From Saprospiraceae bacterium (GTDB lineage Bacteria; Bacteroidota; Bacteroidia; Chitinophagales; Saprospiraceae): a stretch of 64,000 nucleotides of DNA. A program made the position numbers and the translations under genes. Numbering within the stretch: position 1 is the first letter of the stretch; each line of letters opens with the position of its first letter. Shown here in pieces: positions 44,390 through 54,411 of this stretch. Location of the stretch: the NCBI GenBank assembly GCA_020627535.1, contig JAHDGU010000001.1:164670-228669 (forward strand), given 5' to 3'. The notes under the pieces were generated by a model. The model searched no databases and had not been told where the DNA came from. It saw nothing but the letters and a program-made list of their open reading frames with translations.

Positions 44390-44659
44390 CTACTCAATGA
44401 TGACGAGGATGTCATCTTCTCTCATGATGAGATAGTCAGCACCTTCGTAATTGAGCTCTTGTCCGCTGTACTTTCCGTAGAGTACGACGTCACCGACATT
44501 TACTGTCATCAGATTGCCGTCTTTTCCAGGTCCCACTGCGATGACCTCACCTCTTTGAGGCTTTTCTTTAGCCGTGTCAGGGATGATGATTCCACCTGCT
44601 GTCTTCTCGTCTGCAGCTGCTGGCTTGACGACGACGCGGTCATTGATTGGTTTGAGCAT
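44390..44659 (-). CDS. groS: Co-chaperonin GroES
   Basis: [13 protein letters not shown]...[26 protein letters not shown]; 89 aa, directly upstream of groEL. Confidence 0.97.
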   Translation of the reverse strand: MLKPINDRVVVKPAAADEKTAGGIIIPDTAKEKPQRGEVIAVGPGKDGNLMTVNVGDVVLYGKYSGQELNYEGADYLIMREDDILVIIE

Positions 44660-44748
44660 ATTTCCTTTGATTTTGTGTTAGTTAAAATTGGATATGCCTG
44701 CAAGATCATACTCCGTGCCAAGGCATGTTCCATGACATTATTTCCGAT

Positions 44749-44814
44749 CATCAATGACACATGATTCCATTGAGACTCACTTGTCAGCTTTCACTGGACA
44801 ATCTGTCATTGATG
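44749..44814. promoter_or_regulatory. 11-bp perfect inverted repeat CATCAATGACA-N44-TGTCATTGATG upstream of groES
   Basis: Arms at 44749-44759 and 44804-44814, 90-155 nt upstream of the groES ATG (44659). This is not the CIRCE consensus. Confidence 0.3.
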
Positions 44815-44857
44815 GCCTCCGCATTTTGGCGAAAGCCTAGAAATAAAATGAATGATA

Positions 44858-45091
44858 CTAGGACGCGACCACGTGTGTCGTCACGATACAGAGCGCAAAT
44901 AGAAGGACTGCTAGTCCCCAAGTGACCTTTTCGATGAAGTCCGTGCTTCTTGATGCCCCAAACATCTGGTTGGCGCCTTGACCACCGAAAGTTGAATCGA
45001 TACCACCTCCCTTAGGATTTTGGATCAATACGGCTAGAATCAACAAGATGCTGATGAGTGCGATGAGTATGGTAAGTACAGTAATGCCCAT
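44858..45091 (-). CDS. secG: Preprotein translocase subunit SecG
   Basis: Two TM helices flanking LIQNPKGGGIDSTFGG. Confidence 0.88.
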   Translation of the reverse strand: MGITVLTILIALISILLILAVLIQNPKGGGIDSTFGGQGANQMFGASRSTDFIEKVTWGLAVLLFALCIVTTHVVAS

Positions 45092-45093
45092 GA

Positions 45094-45858
45094 TTATCCT
45101 CGGAGCTTTTGAATTTGGTCTGCAAAGATGGAGCTTTTTTCGGGATTGCGCAATGTGAGCTCCTGATACATTTCTATGGCTTCCTTCTTATAGCCCTGAT
45201 TCGCTAGTAGAGCCGCTAAGGCTTCACTTGCAGGAGCATTGGCGGAGGCTTCATTGCTGATTATAGCTGGCTTCGGACTTATAGACTGAGCTTCTGCTGC
45301 TTGATCCTTAGTAGGACTCTCAGTGGGTATAAGCTGCTGTAGCCAAGATACGAAGCTGTCAAGCTCCTCATCTTCTTTGCTCGGACTTCGCTCAGCATGT
45401 GCCACTTTATCCGGTATGGGACTCGTCATTGCAGCCGTCTCAGTATGGTCGGATTGAGCTTCTGATATGGCTTTTGGCGATTGATCAGACTCCTTTTGGG
45501 CAGCTGCGAGCTCCTCAGTCACTTTGGGACTCGGAGTAGCCTCGCTTTTTGTGGCATCAGTGACGATGTCAAAACCCAGCGTGCTAGCGTCAACATTGTC
45601 TGTGGGAAGGTCTTGAGAGATATCAATATGCTCGTCGATAGATATGGCCTCCAGAGGGACGACCTCTTCAAGAACTTTGTCCTGCTGCATGGATGCTATA
45701 TCATCCGCTGTCTCTGTCATCAGATGATAATAAAGCGGATTTCCACTGAGATCGGCGGCAGAGGGAAGCGTGCCTTGCTTGGCGAGTAGGGCTTTCGCCC
45801 AAATGGAATTTGACTGCTCCTTCAAGATCTTATCAGCCCACTTGTCCTTCTTATCCAT
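45094..45858 (-). CDS. Hypothetical acidic low-complexity protein with a C-terminal TPR-like helix pair
   Basis: No enzymatic motif. The C-terminus LLANQGYKKEAIEMYQELTLRNPEKSSIFADQIQKL is TPR-like. Packed 2 nt from both secG and the lptE-like gene. Confidence 0.5.
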   Translation of the reverse strand: MDKKDKWADKILKEQSNSIWAKALLAKQGTLPSAADLSGNPLYYHLMTETADDIASMQQDKVLEEVVPLEAISIDEHIDISQDLPTDNVDASTLGFDIVTDATKSEATPSPKVTEELAAAQKESDQSPKAISEAQSDHTETAAMTSPIPDKVAHAERSPSKEDEELDSFVSWLQQLIPTESPTKDQAAEAQSISPKPAIISNEASANAPASEALAALLANQGYKKEAIEMYQELTLRNPEKSSIFADQIQKLRG

Positions 45859-45860
45859 GT

Positions 45861-46358
45861 CTACCAGTTTGAAAAAGCCTTGTTAAAGATATCTTCTAAG
45901 ATCTGATCATACACTTCCTCGATGAGCTGATCCTCGACATCTGCTAGGTTGGTGTTGCGATCAAAGTCTGTGTAAAATGTGAAGGTATTCGTCCAGCTGT
46001 CTTCATCAATGACGTTCTCATAGTCTACTTTGACGGCGACCTCAAGACGATTGATGGCACCTCCGAGACCTTGCTGAGGAGCAACTGTCTCGACATCATA
46101 TCTCGTGATGCTACCTGTGAAAGACAGGTGAGGATCTACTTCCTGGTACTCTAGGCGTGTCTCCTGCAATAGTTTGTCCCTCAGACTTTCGCTAAAGATG
46201 ATACCGATAGTCGGTGGGGCCGAGAATGCGTCAATCTCAAATGTCCCGATGTAAAAACTCTTTACTGCAGGTGATATGCTGGTGTTCTTAAATGACACGG
46301 TGCATGATGAGAGTACAATCACGATGCTTAGGAGAAAGTATGAGAGAGGACTTCTCAT
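45861..46358 (-). CDS. lptE: LptE-like LPS-assembly lipoprotein
   Basis: Lipoprotein signal MRSPLSYFLLSIVIVLSSC. Size and position (between the sigma-54 activator and secG) match what I recall for Bacteroidota LptE. Sequence-level evidence is weak. Confidence 0.55.
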   Translation of the reverse strand: MRSPLSYFLLSIVIVLSSCTVSFKNTSISPAVKSFYIGTFEIDAFSAPPTIGIIFSESLRDKLLQETRLEYQEVDPHLSFTGSITRYDVETVAPQQGLGGAINRLEVAVKVDYENVIDEDSWTNTFTFYTDFDRNTNLADVEDQLIEEVYDQILEDIFNKAFSNW

Positions 46359-46359
46359 A

Positions 46360-47631
46360 TCAAATGTTGTATTGCTTGATCTTGCGATAGAGCGTGCGCT
46401 CTGAGATACCGAGCTCGGAGGCTGCCTCTTTGCGCCTTCCCTTGTACTTGCTAAGGGCTTTTCCGATCATCTCTTTTTCCATATCTTCTAGGGACAATAT
46501 CTCCTCTACGATCTCGGCATTGCTCAAAGGCTCTGCACTGTGATCGATAGTAAATGACTCTTCTTGTCCGCCATAGAGGAGTGACTCATCCGACGAGTAG
46601 TCTGTTGCTGGCGAGCTGGCGCTGTAGTCTCGATCATTTTGCGGAAGCAGCTCCGTGATGGAGGTAATCTGCGATCCATTTTGAAATGACGGGATATCGA
46701 GATCATTCTTTTGGATCAGCCCAAAGACTAGGCCCTTGAGGTCATTGAGGTCGGACTTCATATCAAAGAGGAGTTTGTACAAGATCTCTCTTTCCTCCAT
46801 GCTTCCAGATGCCTCGCCTTGCTCTGTTTTTGCTGGCAGATTTCTTTTGAGTAAGTAAGGGAAATTGTCAAGAAGGATTTGCGCATCAATCTGCTTTTCT
46901 TCAGACAGAACGCTGAGTTGCTCTACAAGATTTTTGAGTTCACGGATATTTCCTGGCCAAGCATAGTTTTGGATCACAAGTTCCGCTCTCTCATCCAGCC
47001 GGACCGGACTTGTGTTGTACTTTTCAGCAAAGTCAGAGGCAAATTTTCTAAAGAGTACAGTGATGTCTTCTTTTCGTTCTTTGAGAGCAGGTACTTCGAT
47101 TGGCACTGTACTGAGACGGTAGTATAGATCTTCACGGAACTTGCCTTTTTTGATTTTTTCAAGCAGATCTACATTGGTCGCTGCAATGATTCGTACATCT
47201 GTCTTTTGGACTGTGCTCGAGCCGACTTTGATATACTCACCGTTTTCTAGGACTCTGAGAAGATAGGCTTGGGTGTCAAGTGGCATTTCTCCGATCTCGT
47301 CTAAGAAGATCGTCCCCTTATTTGCCACTTCGAAGTAGCCTCGCCGATCCGAGGTGGCTCCGGTAAAGGCTCCTTTTTCGTGACCAAATAACTCAGAATT
47401 GATGGTGCCAGCCGGAATCGCTCCACAATTGATTGCGATGAAGGACTCGTGCTTACGTGCGCTCTGCTGGTGAATGATCCGTGAAAAAACCTCCTTACCT
47501 ACACCGCTCTCTCCCTTGATGAGGACAGTCAGATCTGTAGGCGCCACGCGCACAGCTGTGCTCAGGGCGCGATCTAGTAGCTCAGAGTGACCGATGATGT
47601 TGTGGCGAAGTTTGACGGACTTTAGATTCAT
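46360..47631 (-). CDS. Sigma-54-dependent transcriptional activator (AAA+ + Fis-type HTH, no receiver domain)
   Basis: GESGVGKE Walker A, GAFTGA sigma-54 contact loop, C-terminal HTH EAASELGISERTLYRKIKQY. Confidence 0.9.
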   Translation of the reverse strand: MNLKSVKLRHNIIGHSELLDRALSTAVRVAPTDLTVLIKGESGVGKEVFSRIIHQQSARKHESFIAINCGAIPAGTINSELFGHEKGAFTGATSDRRGYFEVANKGTIFLDEIGEMPLDTQAYLLRVLENGEYIKVGSSTVQKTDVRIIAATNVDLLEKIKKGKFREDLYYRLSTVPIEVPALKERKEDITVLFRKFASDFAEKYNTSPVRLDERAELVIQNYAWPGNIRELKNLVEQLSVLSEEKQIDAQILLDNFPYLLKRNLPAKTEQGEASGSMEEREILYKLLFDMKSDLNDLKGLVFGLIQKNDLDIPSFQNGSQITSITELLPQNDRDYSASSPATDYSSDESLLYGGQEESFTIDHSAEPLSNAEIVEEILSLEDMEKEMIGKALSKYKGRRKEAASELGISERTLYRKIKQYNI

Positions 47632-47633
47632 AG

Positions 47634-49082
47634 CTAGGCGTGAATCTTCTCTTGTACAAATACCTCTCCGATGAGGGTGACGGAGTTGAAGTCAGTCACT
47701 TTGACATGGCAATAGTCACCTGCGCTGAGACCAGGAAGTTTTGGGAAGACGAGCATCTTGTTCTGGCTATTTCTTCCTTTGAAGTGCTGGGCACTTTTTT
47801 TGGAGTCGCCTTCTATCAATACTTTGAAGACCTTGCCAAGATCGGCCTTATTGTGCTGATAACTGACTTGTTGTTGGATTCGGATGATCTCTGCAAGTCG
47901 ACGTTTCTTTGTCTCCAAGGGGATGTCATCTTCGTACTTTCTAGCTGCAAGCGTTCCGGGTCTTTCGCTGTAGAAAAACATGTAGCTCATGCTATACTTT
48001 GACCACTCGATGATGCTCAGACTGTCTTGATGCTCTTCTTCCGTTTCACTGCAGAATCCGGCAATCATATCAGAGCTGATAGCGCAGTCAGGTAGGATGC
48101 GATAGATGGATTCAACTCTTTCCATATACCACTCCCGATCATAGGTGCGGTTCATCTTTTTGAGGATGCGGCTATTACCTGATTGCACAGGAAGGTGTAT
48201 GTACTTGCAGATATTCTCATAGGCTGCCATCGTGTGCAGCACCTGGTCTGTAATATCCTTAGGATGACTCGTGCTAAATCGCACGCGCAGCTGCGGATCT
48301 ACAAGAGCTACTCGCTCAAGGAGCTCAGCGAAGTTGACCGACTCCCCAGATTCTTCATGACTCCAGTGGTATGAATCCACATTTTGGCCAAGCAATGTGA
48401 CTTCTCTATATCCACGATCAAAGAGATCTGTTGCTTCGGCAACGATGCTGTAAGCATCACGACTCCGCTCTCTCCCTCGTGTAAAAGGGACTACACAAAA
48501 TGAGCACATATTGTCACAGCCACGCATGATACTGATAAATGCTGTGACGCCATTGCTATTGAGTCGGATGGGGGATATGTCAGCGTAGGTTTCTTCACGA
48601 CTGAGGATGACATTGATTCCTTTCTCGCCATCATCGGCTTCTGCGACGAGCTTGGGCAAATCTCGATAGGCGTCTGGTCCTACCACGATGTCTACCAATT
48701 TTTCTTCTTCTAAAAACTTCTTTTTGAGCCTTTCTGCCATGCAGCCCAGCACACCGATGATCGTTCCCGGGTGCTTCAGCTTGATCTTGTCAAATTCTCG
48801 CAGACGCTGACGCACTGTCTCCTCGGCCTTCTCTCTGATGGAGCAAGTATTGATCAAGATGAGATCCGCGATGTCCATATTACCGGTGGAGCTATAGCCG
48901 ATCTCGTGTAAGATGGAAGCAACGATCTCGCTGTCGCTAAAATTCATCTGACATCCATAGCTCTCAATGTAAAAGCGTTTTTTGCCTTCGACTCTTTCCA
49001 TATCCGAGGCATATACCTCGCCTTGTCTTTCTCCGTCGATTTGATGATCGCTGAGGCCTCGTGATTTGCTTTTCTTTAGCAT
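47634..49082 (-). CDS. miaB: tRNA-2-methylthio-N6-dimethylallyladenosine synthase
   Basis: [11 protein letters not shown] (UPF0004 domain), radical-SAM [12 protein letters not shown]-terminal TRAM domain. The start is uncertain (49082 MLKKSK, or the track start at 49115). Confidence 0.93.
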   Translation of the reverse strand: MLKKSKSRGLSDHQIDGERQGEVYASDMERVEGKKRFYIESYGCQMNFSDSEIVASILHEIGYSSTGNMDIADLILINTCSIREKAEETVRQRLREFDKIKLKHPGTIIGVLGCMAERLKKKFLEEEKLVDIVVGPDAYRDLPKLVAEADDGEKGINVILSREETYADISPIRLNSNGVTAFISIMRGCDNMCSFCVVPFTRGRERSRDAYSIVAEATDLFDRGYREVTLLGQNVDSYHWSHEESGESVNFAELLERVALVDPQLRVRFSTSHPKDITDQVLHTMAAYENICKYIHLPVQSGNSRILKKMNRTYDREWYMERVESIYRILPDCAISSDMIAGFCSETEEEHQDSLSIIEWSKYSMSYMFFYSERPGTLAARKYEDDIPLETKKRRLAEIIRIQQQVSYQHNKADLGKVFKVLIEGDSKKSAQHFKGRNSQNKMLVFPKLPGLSAGDYCHVKVTDFNSVTLIGEVFVQEKIHA

Positions 49083-49188
49083 AGTGCAAAGGTAGGCAGG
49101 GTGACAAAATGTCATAGAGACAAACTTGCATCAATTGTCATCTTTGTTTCCCTTCTTTTGTTGAAACCAAAAATGAACAGCTAGCCAC

Positions 49189-50367
49189 TTGAAGACTCAG
49201 CTCAACTTTGAAGATTATCAGACTGCTTTTGCTCATCTGAGCGATTCAGACCTGAGAGCCGCGCATCGGTTGTTTTCCCTGATGAATCAATCATGGCTGG
49301 TCAATCTAGCCAGTCCTCTCGGATTGGCAGCCTTGCGTCTCAGAGTGCCACTGACGCGATACATGATCGAAAAGACCATGTTTCGGCAGTTTTGTGGTGG
49401 GAAGACACTAGATGGCAGCAAGCAGACCATTGCCGGATTGTGGGAAAGTAGAGTCGCCACATTACTTGATTTTGGGATGGAAGGCAAAAATCACGAAGAC
49501 GCCTTCGAAAAGACACTTGCAGAAAATCTCCGTGCCATCGAGTTCGCAGCTTCAGAGCAGTCAGTGCCGGTAGTAGTCACCAAGATCTCTGGGCTAGCAG
49601 CCAATGAGCTGCTCGAAAAGTCAGATCGAGAAGAGGAGCTAAGCGATCAAGAGCTGATCGCCTACGGCAAACTAGAGAACCGACTGCATCTACTGGCCTC
49701 CAAGGCCTCAGAACTAGGGGTGTCATTGTTTATCGATGGAGAAGAGAGTTGGATGCAGAACACGATTGACCGTCTGACAATAGATCTCATGGCGGAGTTC
49801 AACAAAGACCGCGTAGTGGTTTACAATACTTACCAGATCTACAGATGGGATAAGCTCGCTGACCTGAAGTCAGATATCGAAGAAGGGCAAAAGAAGGGAT
49901 ACAAGATCGGCGCAAAACTTGTCAGAGGAGCTTATATGGACAAGGAGCGCAAAAGAGCAGAACTGCTAGCTTATAAGAGTCCTATCCATGCCAATAAGGA
50001 AGCTGTGGATGCCGACTATGATGAGGCCTTGATCTACTGTGCGGATCGCTACGAAGATGTCGCACTCTGCTGTGCATCACACAACGCGAAGAGCAACAAG
50101 TTACTCGCAGACTACATTGTCGAAAAGAAGCTCCCCAAGGATCATCCACATCTCAATTTTTGTCAGTTACAAGGCATGAGCGATAATCTCACATTTAACC
50201 TTGCCTCACAAGGCTACAATGTCGCCAAGTACGTGGTCTATGGTCCTGTCAAAGAAGTATTCCCCTATCTCGTCAGACGTGCAAAGGAGAACAGCTCTGT
50301 CACCGGAGATGTCAGCCGAGAGCTATCAATGATCAGACATGAGATGAAGAGAAGGGATCTCTGCTAG
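49189..50367 (+). CDS. Proline dehydrogenase (monofunctional PutA-like)
   Basis: The N-terminus FEDYQTAFAHLSDSDLRAAHRLFSLM and KLVRGAYMDKER, QLQGMSD, VVYGPVKEVFPYLVRRAKEN match PRODH family motifs. TTG start. Confidence 0.85.
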   Translation: MKTQLNFEDYQTAFAHLSDSDLRAAHRLFSLMNQSWLVNLASPLGLAALRLRVPLTRYMIEKTMFRQFCGGKTLDGSKQTIAGLWESRVATLLDFGMEGKNHEDAFEKTLAENLRAIEFAASEQSVPVVVTKISGLAANELLEKSDREEELSDQELIAYGKLENRLHLLASKASELGVSLFIDGEESWMQNTIDRLTIDLMAEFNKDRVVVYNTYQIYRWDKLADLKSDIEEGQKKGYKIGAKLVRGAYMDKERKRAELLAYKSPIHANKEAVDADYDEALIYCADRYEDVALCCASHNAKSNKLLADYIVEKKLPKDHPHLNFCQLQGMSDNLTFNLASQGYNVAKYVVYGPVKEVFPYLVRRAKENSSVTGDVSRELSMIRHEMKRRDLC

Positions 50368-50371
50368 ATTA

Positions 50372-51100
50372 CTATCTGCCAAATAAGATCAACTTATTTC
50401 GACCAGTACATGTGGTTTTGGCCAACTTTCCGAAAGCATATGTCAGTTCGATATTGAACTGAGCCGAAAGCTCCGTAGTCTTAGCGTATTCTGGATATGT
50501 CACAGATGCAGTTTCAGGAACACGAGCGCCTCGGCCATCATCGGCCACCCAATCCGTGAAAGCATAGTGAATCCTCATTCCGAGACTCAATGTCACCACG
50601 TCCGATCCAGCAAGATAAGACCCGAAGCCAAATACTCCAGAGATGTTATCTCGTAGAGCTCCAGAAATATCTATGTCTGTTTGGTTTGCAAAGTCTTGGG
50701 TGGCAGCTGAGACGATGGAGTACTTAGGGCCAAGTTCGATATAGGCACCTCGTCCGCTATATCGATACAATAGCATCAAGTCATGATTTCTCCAGTTGTA
50801 TGCGACTGGCTGATCTCCCACGACAAGATCGGATCTGAATGTAAACTCTTGGTTGGAATTGGCGAAATTGTAGAGAATATGGAAGCCAGAATACTTGCCA
50901 TTATTAATTCCCAATTTGACGCCAAATCGCTGACCACTGTTGATTTTATAGTCGAAGTCACTGTCGTTGAGGAGGTTGCTATTCAAGAGGGCCGTAGGAC
51001 CGTACGAGAAGTTCACACCTATGTCAAACCATGTAGACTGCGCATGGGCCGCCGTGCAGATTAGTCCAAGTGCCAGGAGAGTTGTTGTAATTCTTTTCAT
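50372..51100 (-). CDS. Outer-membrane beta-barrel (porin-family) protein
   Basis: Signal peptide MKRITTTLLALGLICTAAHAQ. Alternating amphipathic beta strands. The C-terminal ...ELTYAFG is followed by a short tail. Confidence 0.65.
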   Translation of the reverse strand: MKRITTTLLALGLICTAAHAQSTWFDIGVNFSYGPTALLNSNLLNDSDFDYKINSGQRFGVKLGINNGKYSGFHILYNFANSNQEFTFRSDLVVGDQPVAYNWRNHDLMLLYRYSGRGAYIELGPKYSIVSAATQDFANQTDIDISGALRDNISGVFGFGSYLAGSDVVTLSLGMRIHYAFTDWVADDGRGARVPETASVTYPEYAKTTELSAQFNIELTYAFGKLAKTTCTGRNKLILFGR

Positions 51101-51163
51101 ATGATCTAAGTAGTGTTAATCATCATTTAAGACCGAAGGTATAGGCTTTTTGTTGTACTCTCG

Positions 51164-53047
51164 TCAAGGACTCATGTATTCCCATGCCGATCTGTAAGCA
51201 TTGACTGACTCAGCGAGATCGAGCAATTTGTCATAGGGGTAGTGTCTGCCAAGAGTGGAGAAGTCACCAATGACGACAAGTTTTTTCTTCGCTCTTGTCA
51301 ATGCAACATTGATCCTGCGGGCATCAGAAAGAAATCCTATCTCACCCTTGTCATTGGACCTGACGAGGCTGAGATAAATGACATCGCGCTCTTGACCTTG
51401 AAATCCATCAATACTATTGGCCGTGACATCTATGCCGCGAAAGAGATCCTCGGATTCGAGCTTTTCTCTGATCAGTTTTACTTGACTCACATAAGGGCTG
51501 ATGATTCCGATATCTTGCTCCTCGTATTTTGAGATATTTTGACGGAAGTGCTCTTCAAGGATAAAGTACTCTCCTGGATTGTGGCTACTTGTGCTATCAT
51601 AGTGCCGTGCCTCGTCAAATCCACATCCACTGGTATCGATCACCACCAAGGGTTGATCATCCAGAGAGCGCTCCGCGACAGATGTGTCAGAGACCAACTT
51701 TCCTTCATAAAACTCTCGATTGCTAAAGGCTAAGATCTGGTCATGCATACGATACTGCGTGGTCAACAAGTGACTCTTTGAGATGCGTCCCATGAGGAGA
51801 TCGAGCATCGTGACACCGAGCCCTAGCTTCTGAGCTTCAGCTGATTTGACCGTAGGAGGCAACTGTTTGTGATCTCCTGCAAGGATGATGCGCTCGGCTC
51901 GCAGCATAGCATTCCAGCTTTCTGCTTGCAGTGCCTGAGATGCTTCATCGATAACCACTGTACGAAATCTCATGTCTGACACATCTGGATGGCTCAAGCC
52001 AATGAGCGTGCTACAAATAACTTGTGCACCGTCAAGCACAGACTGCGTGATGCGCCTCTCAAGATCTCTCGCCCATTTATTGAGTTCTCGGGCTTCTTTG
52101 TGCAGCATCTTTCTTTGCTCTCGCTGACTGGGGCCGTATTTCCGTTTGAAGACCTCTGCCTGTCTCTTGGCTTCTGCCGCCTCTATTTTGATCTTTTTGA
52201 TGTGATTCCAGTCTTGGTGCCCACGGGCTCTTTCTGCCAGACTCAGTGAGATGGCACGCTCGCTGACTCTGGTGACATTTCCGACGCGTACGACATCCAG
52301 GCCGATTTCTTGGAGCCTTTCGGCCAAAAGATCCACCGCATTGTTGCTGGCCGCTGTGACCAGGATTTGCTTCTCTTGATGCGAGAGCTCTTTGATGAGC
52401 CTTGCCAGGGTAGTCGTCTTGCCAGTGCCTGGTGGTCCATGTATGATCCCTACGAGTTCGCTATCAAGCATACCTGCTATTGCCTGATTTTGGGAAGGAT
52501 TGAGTCCATAGTGTCCAGAGGATGCAGGAGCCTGTTCTTGATGAGTGATTTCATCAGTTGCTGAGTAAAGCAGTTCTCGGAGACGGGCGGCAGGTCCAGA
52601 TCGCAGAGACATGGCTGTCTCAAGAGCTTCTTTCATGACGCGATAGGGGCGCTCGTCATAGATCCGCTCTACAGATGCTCTCGTTTTCCTGGAGACTTGT
52701 TTAAGATCATAGACTTCTTTGCTAAGGATGATGCCCATAGTGTCCCTTCGGACAAATGAGACTGTGCCACTATACTGTGCTCCGTCTTGATCTAGGAAGC
52801 TCAACTGGCATCCAGTGCCTGTTTTAAAACTATGAGAGCCTTTAATGGCGGGTCTTTGGATGACCACTTCGATCGCTTCTCCCAGTGTGTAGTGTGCCTT
52901 AGTGATCTCTATCGGGTACCAAGCCATACCAGACTCGACCTTTTCCTTTAGACTCTTTTTGGCCGAAAGGCCGCGAAAATACTCGAGCTCTGCAAGCCGC
53001 TCTGCCTCAGTAGCATCGATCAACCTCTGTATAGAATCTGTCATCAT
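51164..53047 (-). CDS. Superfamily-1 (Upf1/IGHMBP2-like) AAA helicase
   Basis: N-terminal beta-barrel region. Walker A GPPGTGKTTT. DEASQ (motif II). Later helicase motifs QYRMH, GFQGQERDVIYLSLVRSN, RRINVALTRAKKKL. The ATG at 53047 is preferred over the track TTG at 53071. Confidence 0.85.
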   Translation of the reverse strand: MMTDSIQRLIDATEAERLAELEYFRGLSAKKSLKEKVESGMAWYPIEITKAHYTLGEAIEVVIQRPAIKGSHSFKTGTGCQLSFLDQDGAQYSGTVSFVRRDTMGIILSKEVYDLKQVSRKTRASVERIYDERPYRVMKEALETAMSLRSGPAARLRELLYSATDEITHQEQAPASSGHYGLNPSQNQAIAGMLDSELVGIIHGPPGTGKTTTLARLIKELSHQEKQILVTAASNNAVDLLAERLQEIGLDVVRVGNVTRVSERAISLSLAERARGHQDWNHIKKIKIEAAEAKRQAEVFKRKYGPSQREQRKMLHKEARELNKWARDLERRITQSVLDGAQVICSTLIGLSHPDVSDMRFRTVVIDEASQALQAESWNAMLRAERIILAGDHKQLPPTVKSAEAQKLGLGVTMLDLLMGRISKSHLLTTQYRMHDQILAFSNREFYEGKLVSDTSVAERSLDDQPLVVIDTSGCGFDEARHYDSTSSHNPGEYFILEEHFRQNISKYEEQDIGIISPYVSQVKLIREKLESEDLFRGIDVTANSIDGFQGQERDVIYLSLVRSNDKGEIGFLSDARRINVALTRAKKKLVVIGDFSTLGRHYPYDKLLDLAESVNAYRSAWEYMSP

Positions 53048-53206
53048 GAGCTGCAAAGGTGCATGCAACAATCGTCAGTATTTAGTCAATCTTCCCAACA
53101 TATACAAGTATTTTTTAATATGTAAGGAATTAATCTGAAATTTGTCTTAAGAAAGTAAGATCTAGCAAACACGGCACGTTACAGCCACATATAAATCGAA
53201 AAACTC

Positions 53207-53908
53207 ATGTATTCTCTCTTCTTTTCTCTCTTTCAAGACGCCACTCCCACACAAGAAGAAGGTGGATTGGCATTTGTCAGTTTATTCCAAATTATCAAGG
53301 ATAGTGGAATCCTTGGTCAGATCATCATTGCCATATTGTTCGTACTGCTTTTGATAGCTCTCTACATCTTCATCGAAAGATATCTCACGATTAAGAAGGC
53401 GGGCAGAATCGATCAGACATTCATGAATCAAATCAGGACAAGTGTGCTCGCGGGCAACATCAAGCATGCAGAAGGCCTCTGTGCTGATGAGGATTCACCG
53501 ATTGCGCGACTTGTAGAGAAAGGAATTCAAAGAATCGGCAAACCGCTAAGAGACATTGATGCAGCTATTGAGAATGTCGGTAATCTTGAGCTCTTCAAAC
53601 TGGAGAAGAGATTGTCCACCTTGGCCAGTATCGCAGGAGCAGCACCTATGATCGGCTTCTTCGGGACGGTCACGGGTATGATCCTTGCATTCTTCCGGAT
53701 GTCTACAGAGCAAAATGTCACGCCACAGGTCCTAGCGGGTGGTATCTTTCAAGCGCTACTGACCACAGCCGCTGGTCTACTCATAGGTATTGTCGCCTTC
53801 ATAGGATACAATTTACTTGTGGCCAATGTCGAGAAGGTCGTCTTTAAGATGGAACGCTCGACGATGGAGTTTATGGATCTCCTGCAGGAGCCCTCTTCAA
53901 AGTCATAG
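53207..53908 (+). CDS. exbB: MotA/TolQ/ExbB proton-channel protein
   Basis: Three TM helices. LASIAGAAPMIGFFGTVTGMI signature. Confidence 0.88.
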   Translation: MYSLFFSLFQDATPTQEEGGLAFVSLFQIIKDSGILGQIIIAILFVLLLIALYIFIERYLTIKKAGRIDQTFMNQIRTSVLAGNIKHAEGLCADEDSPIARLVEKGIQRIGKPLRDIDAAIENVGNLELFKLEKRLSTLASIAGAAPMIGFFGTVTGMILAFFRMSTEQNVTPQVLAGGIFQALLTTAAGLLIGIVAFIGYNLLVANVEKVVFKMERSTMEFMDLLQEPSSKS

Positions 53909-53941
53909 ATCAATCAATCACCAAATCATAAATCGTAAGCC

Positions 53942-54337
53942 ATGGGATTGAAAAAAAGAAATAAAGTCAGTGCAGAGTTCTCGATGTCCTCATTGACTGA
54001 TATCATTTTCCTACTTCTGATTTTCTTCATGTTGACCTCGACGCTCGTGAGTCAAAATGCGCTCAATCTGAAACTGCCAAGTTCTAGTAGCAAAACAGTC
54101 GCTCCTCAGTCCATCGCTGTATCAATCCAAAAGAATGGCCGATACTATCTCAATGGTACCAGGACATCATATGCCAATCTCAAGACCGCTATCAGAAACA
54201 AAGCTCGATCAGAGCCCAATGCGTCTATCACAATTTTGTCAGAGCTTGGCACACCGATCGAGTATGTCGTACAAGTGATGGATATCGCCAATCAGCTCAA
54301 GATTAGTGCCATCTTGGCTACCGAGCCAGTGAAGTGA
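53942..54337 (+). CDS. exbD: ExbD/TolR biopolymer transport protein
   Basis: MSSLTDIIFLLLIFFMLTS N-terminal TM containing the conserved Asp; 131 aa. Confidence 0.88.
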   Translation: MGLKKRNKVSAEFSMSSLTDIIFLLLIFFMLTSTLVSQNALNLKLPSSSSKTVAPQSIAVSIQKNGRYYLNGTRTSYANLKTAIRNKARSEPNASITILSELGTPIEYVVQVMDIANQLKISAILATEPVK

Positions 54338-54411
54338 CCCACCTGTTAAAGATTGAATAAGAGACTTGACAATCTAGCCGTCAGAGGGTAGATTCATACC
54401 AACTACAGATC

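Noticed and set aside
44699-44720. A sigma-54 promoter upstream of groES (the minus strand reads TGGCACGGAGTATGATCTTGCA)
   Set aside because: The GG and GC elements are about 7 nt too far apart compared with the TGGCAC-N5-TTGC consensus, so the resemblance is probably fortuitous.
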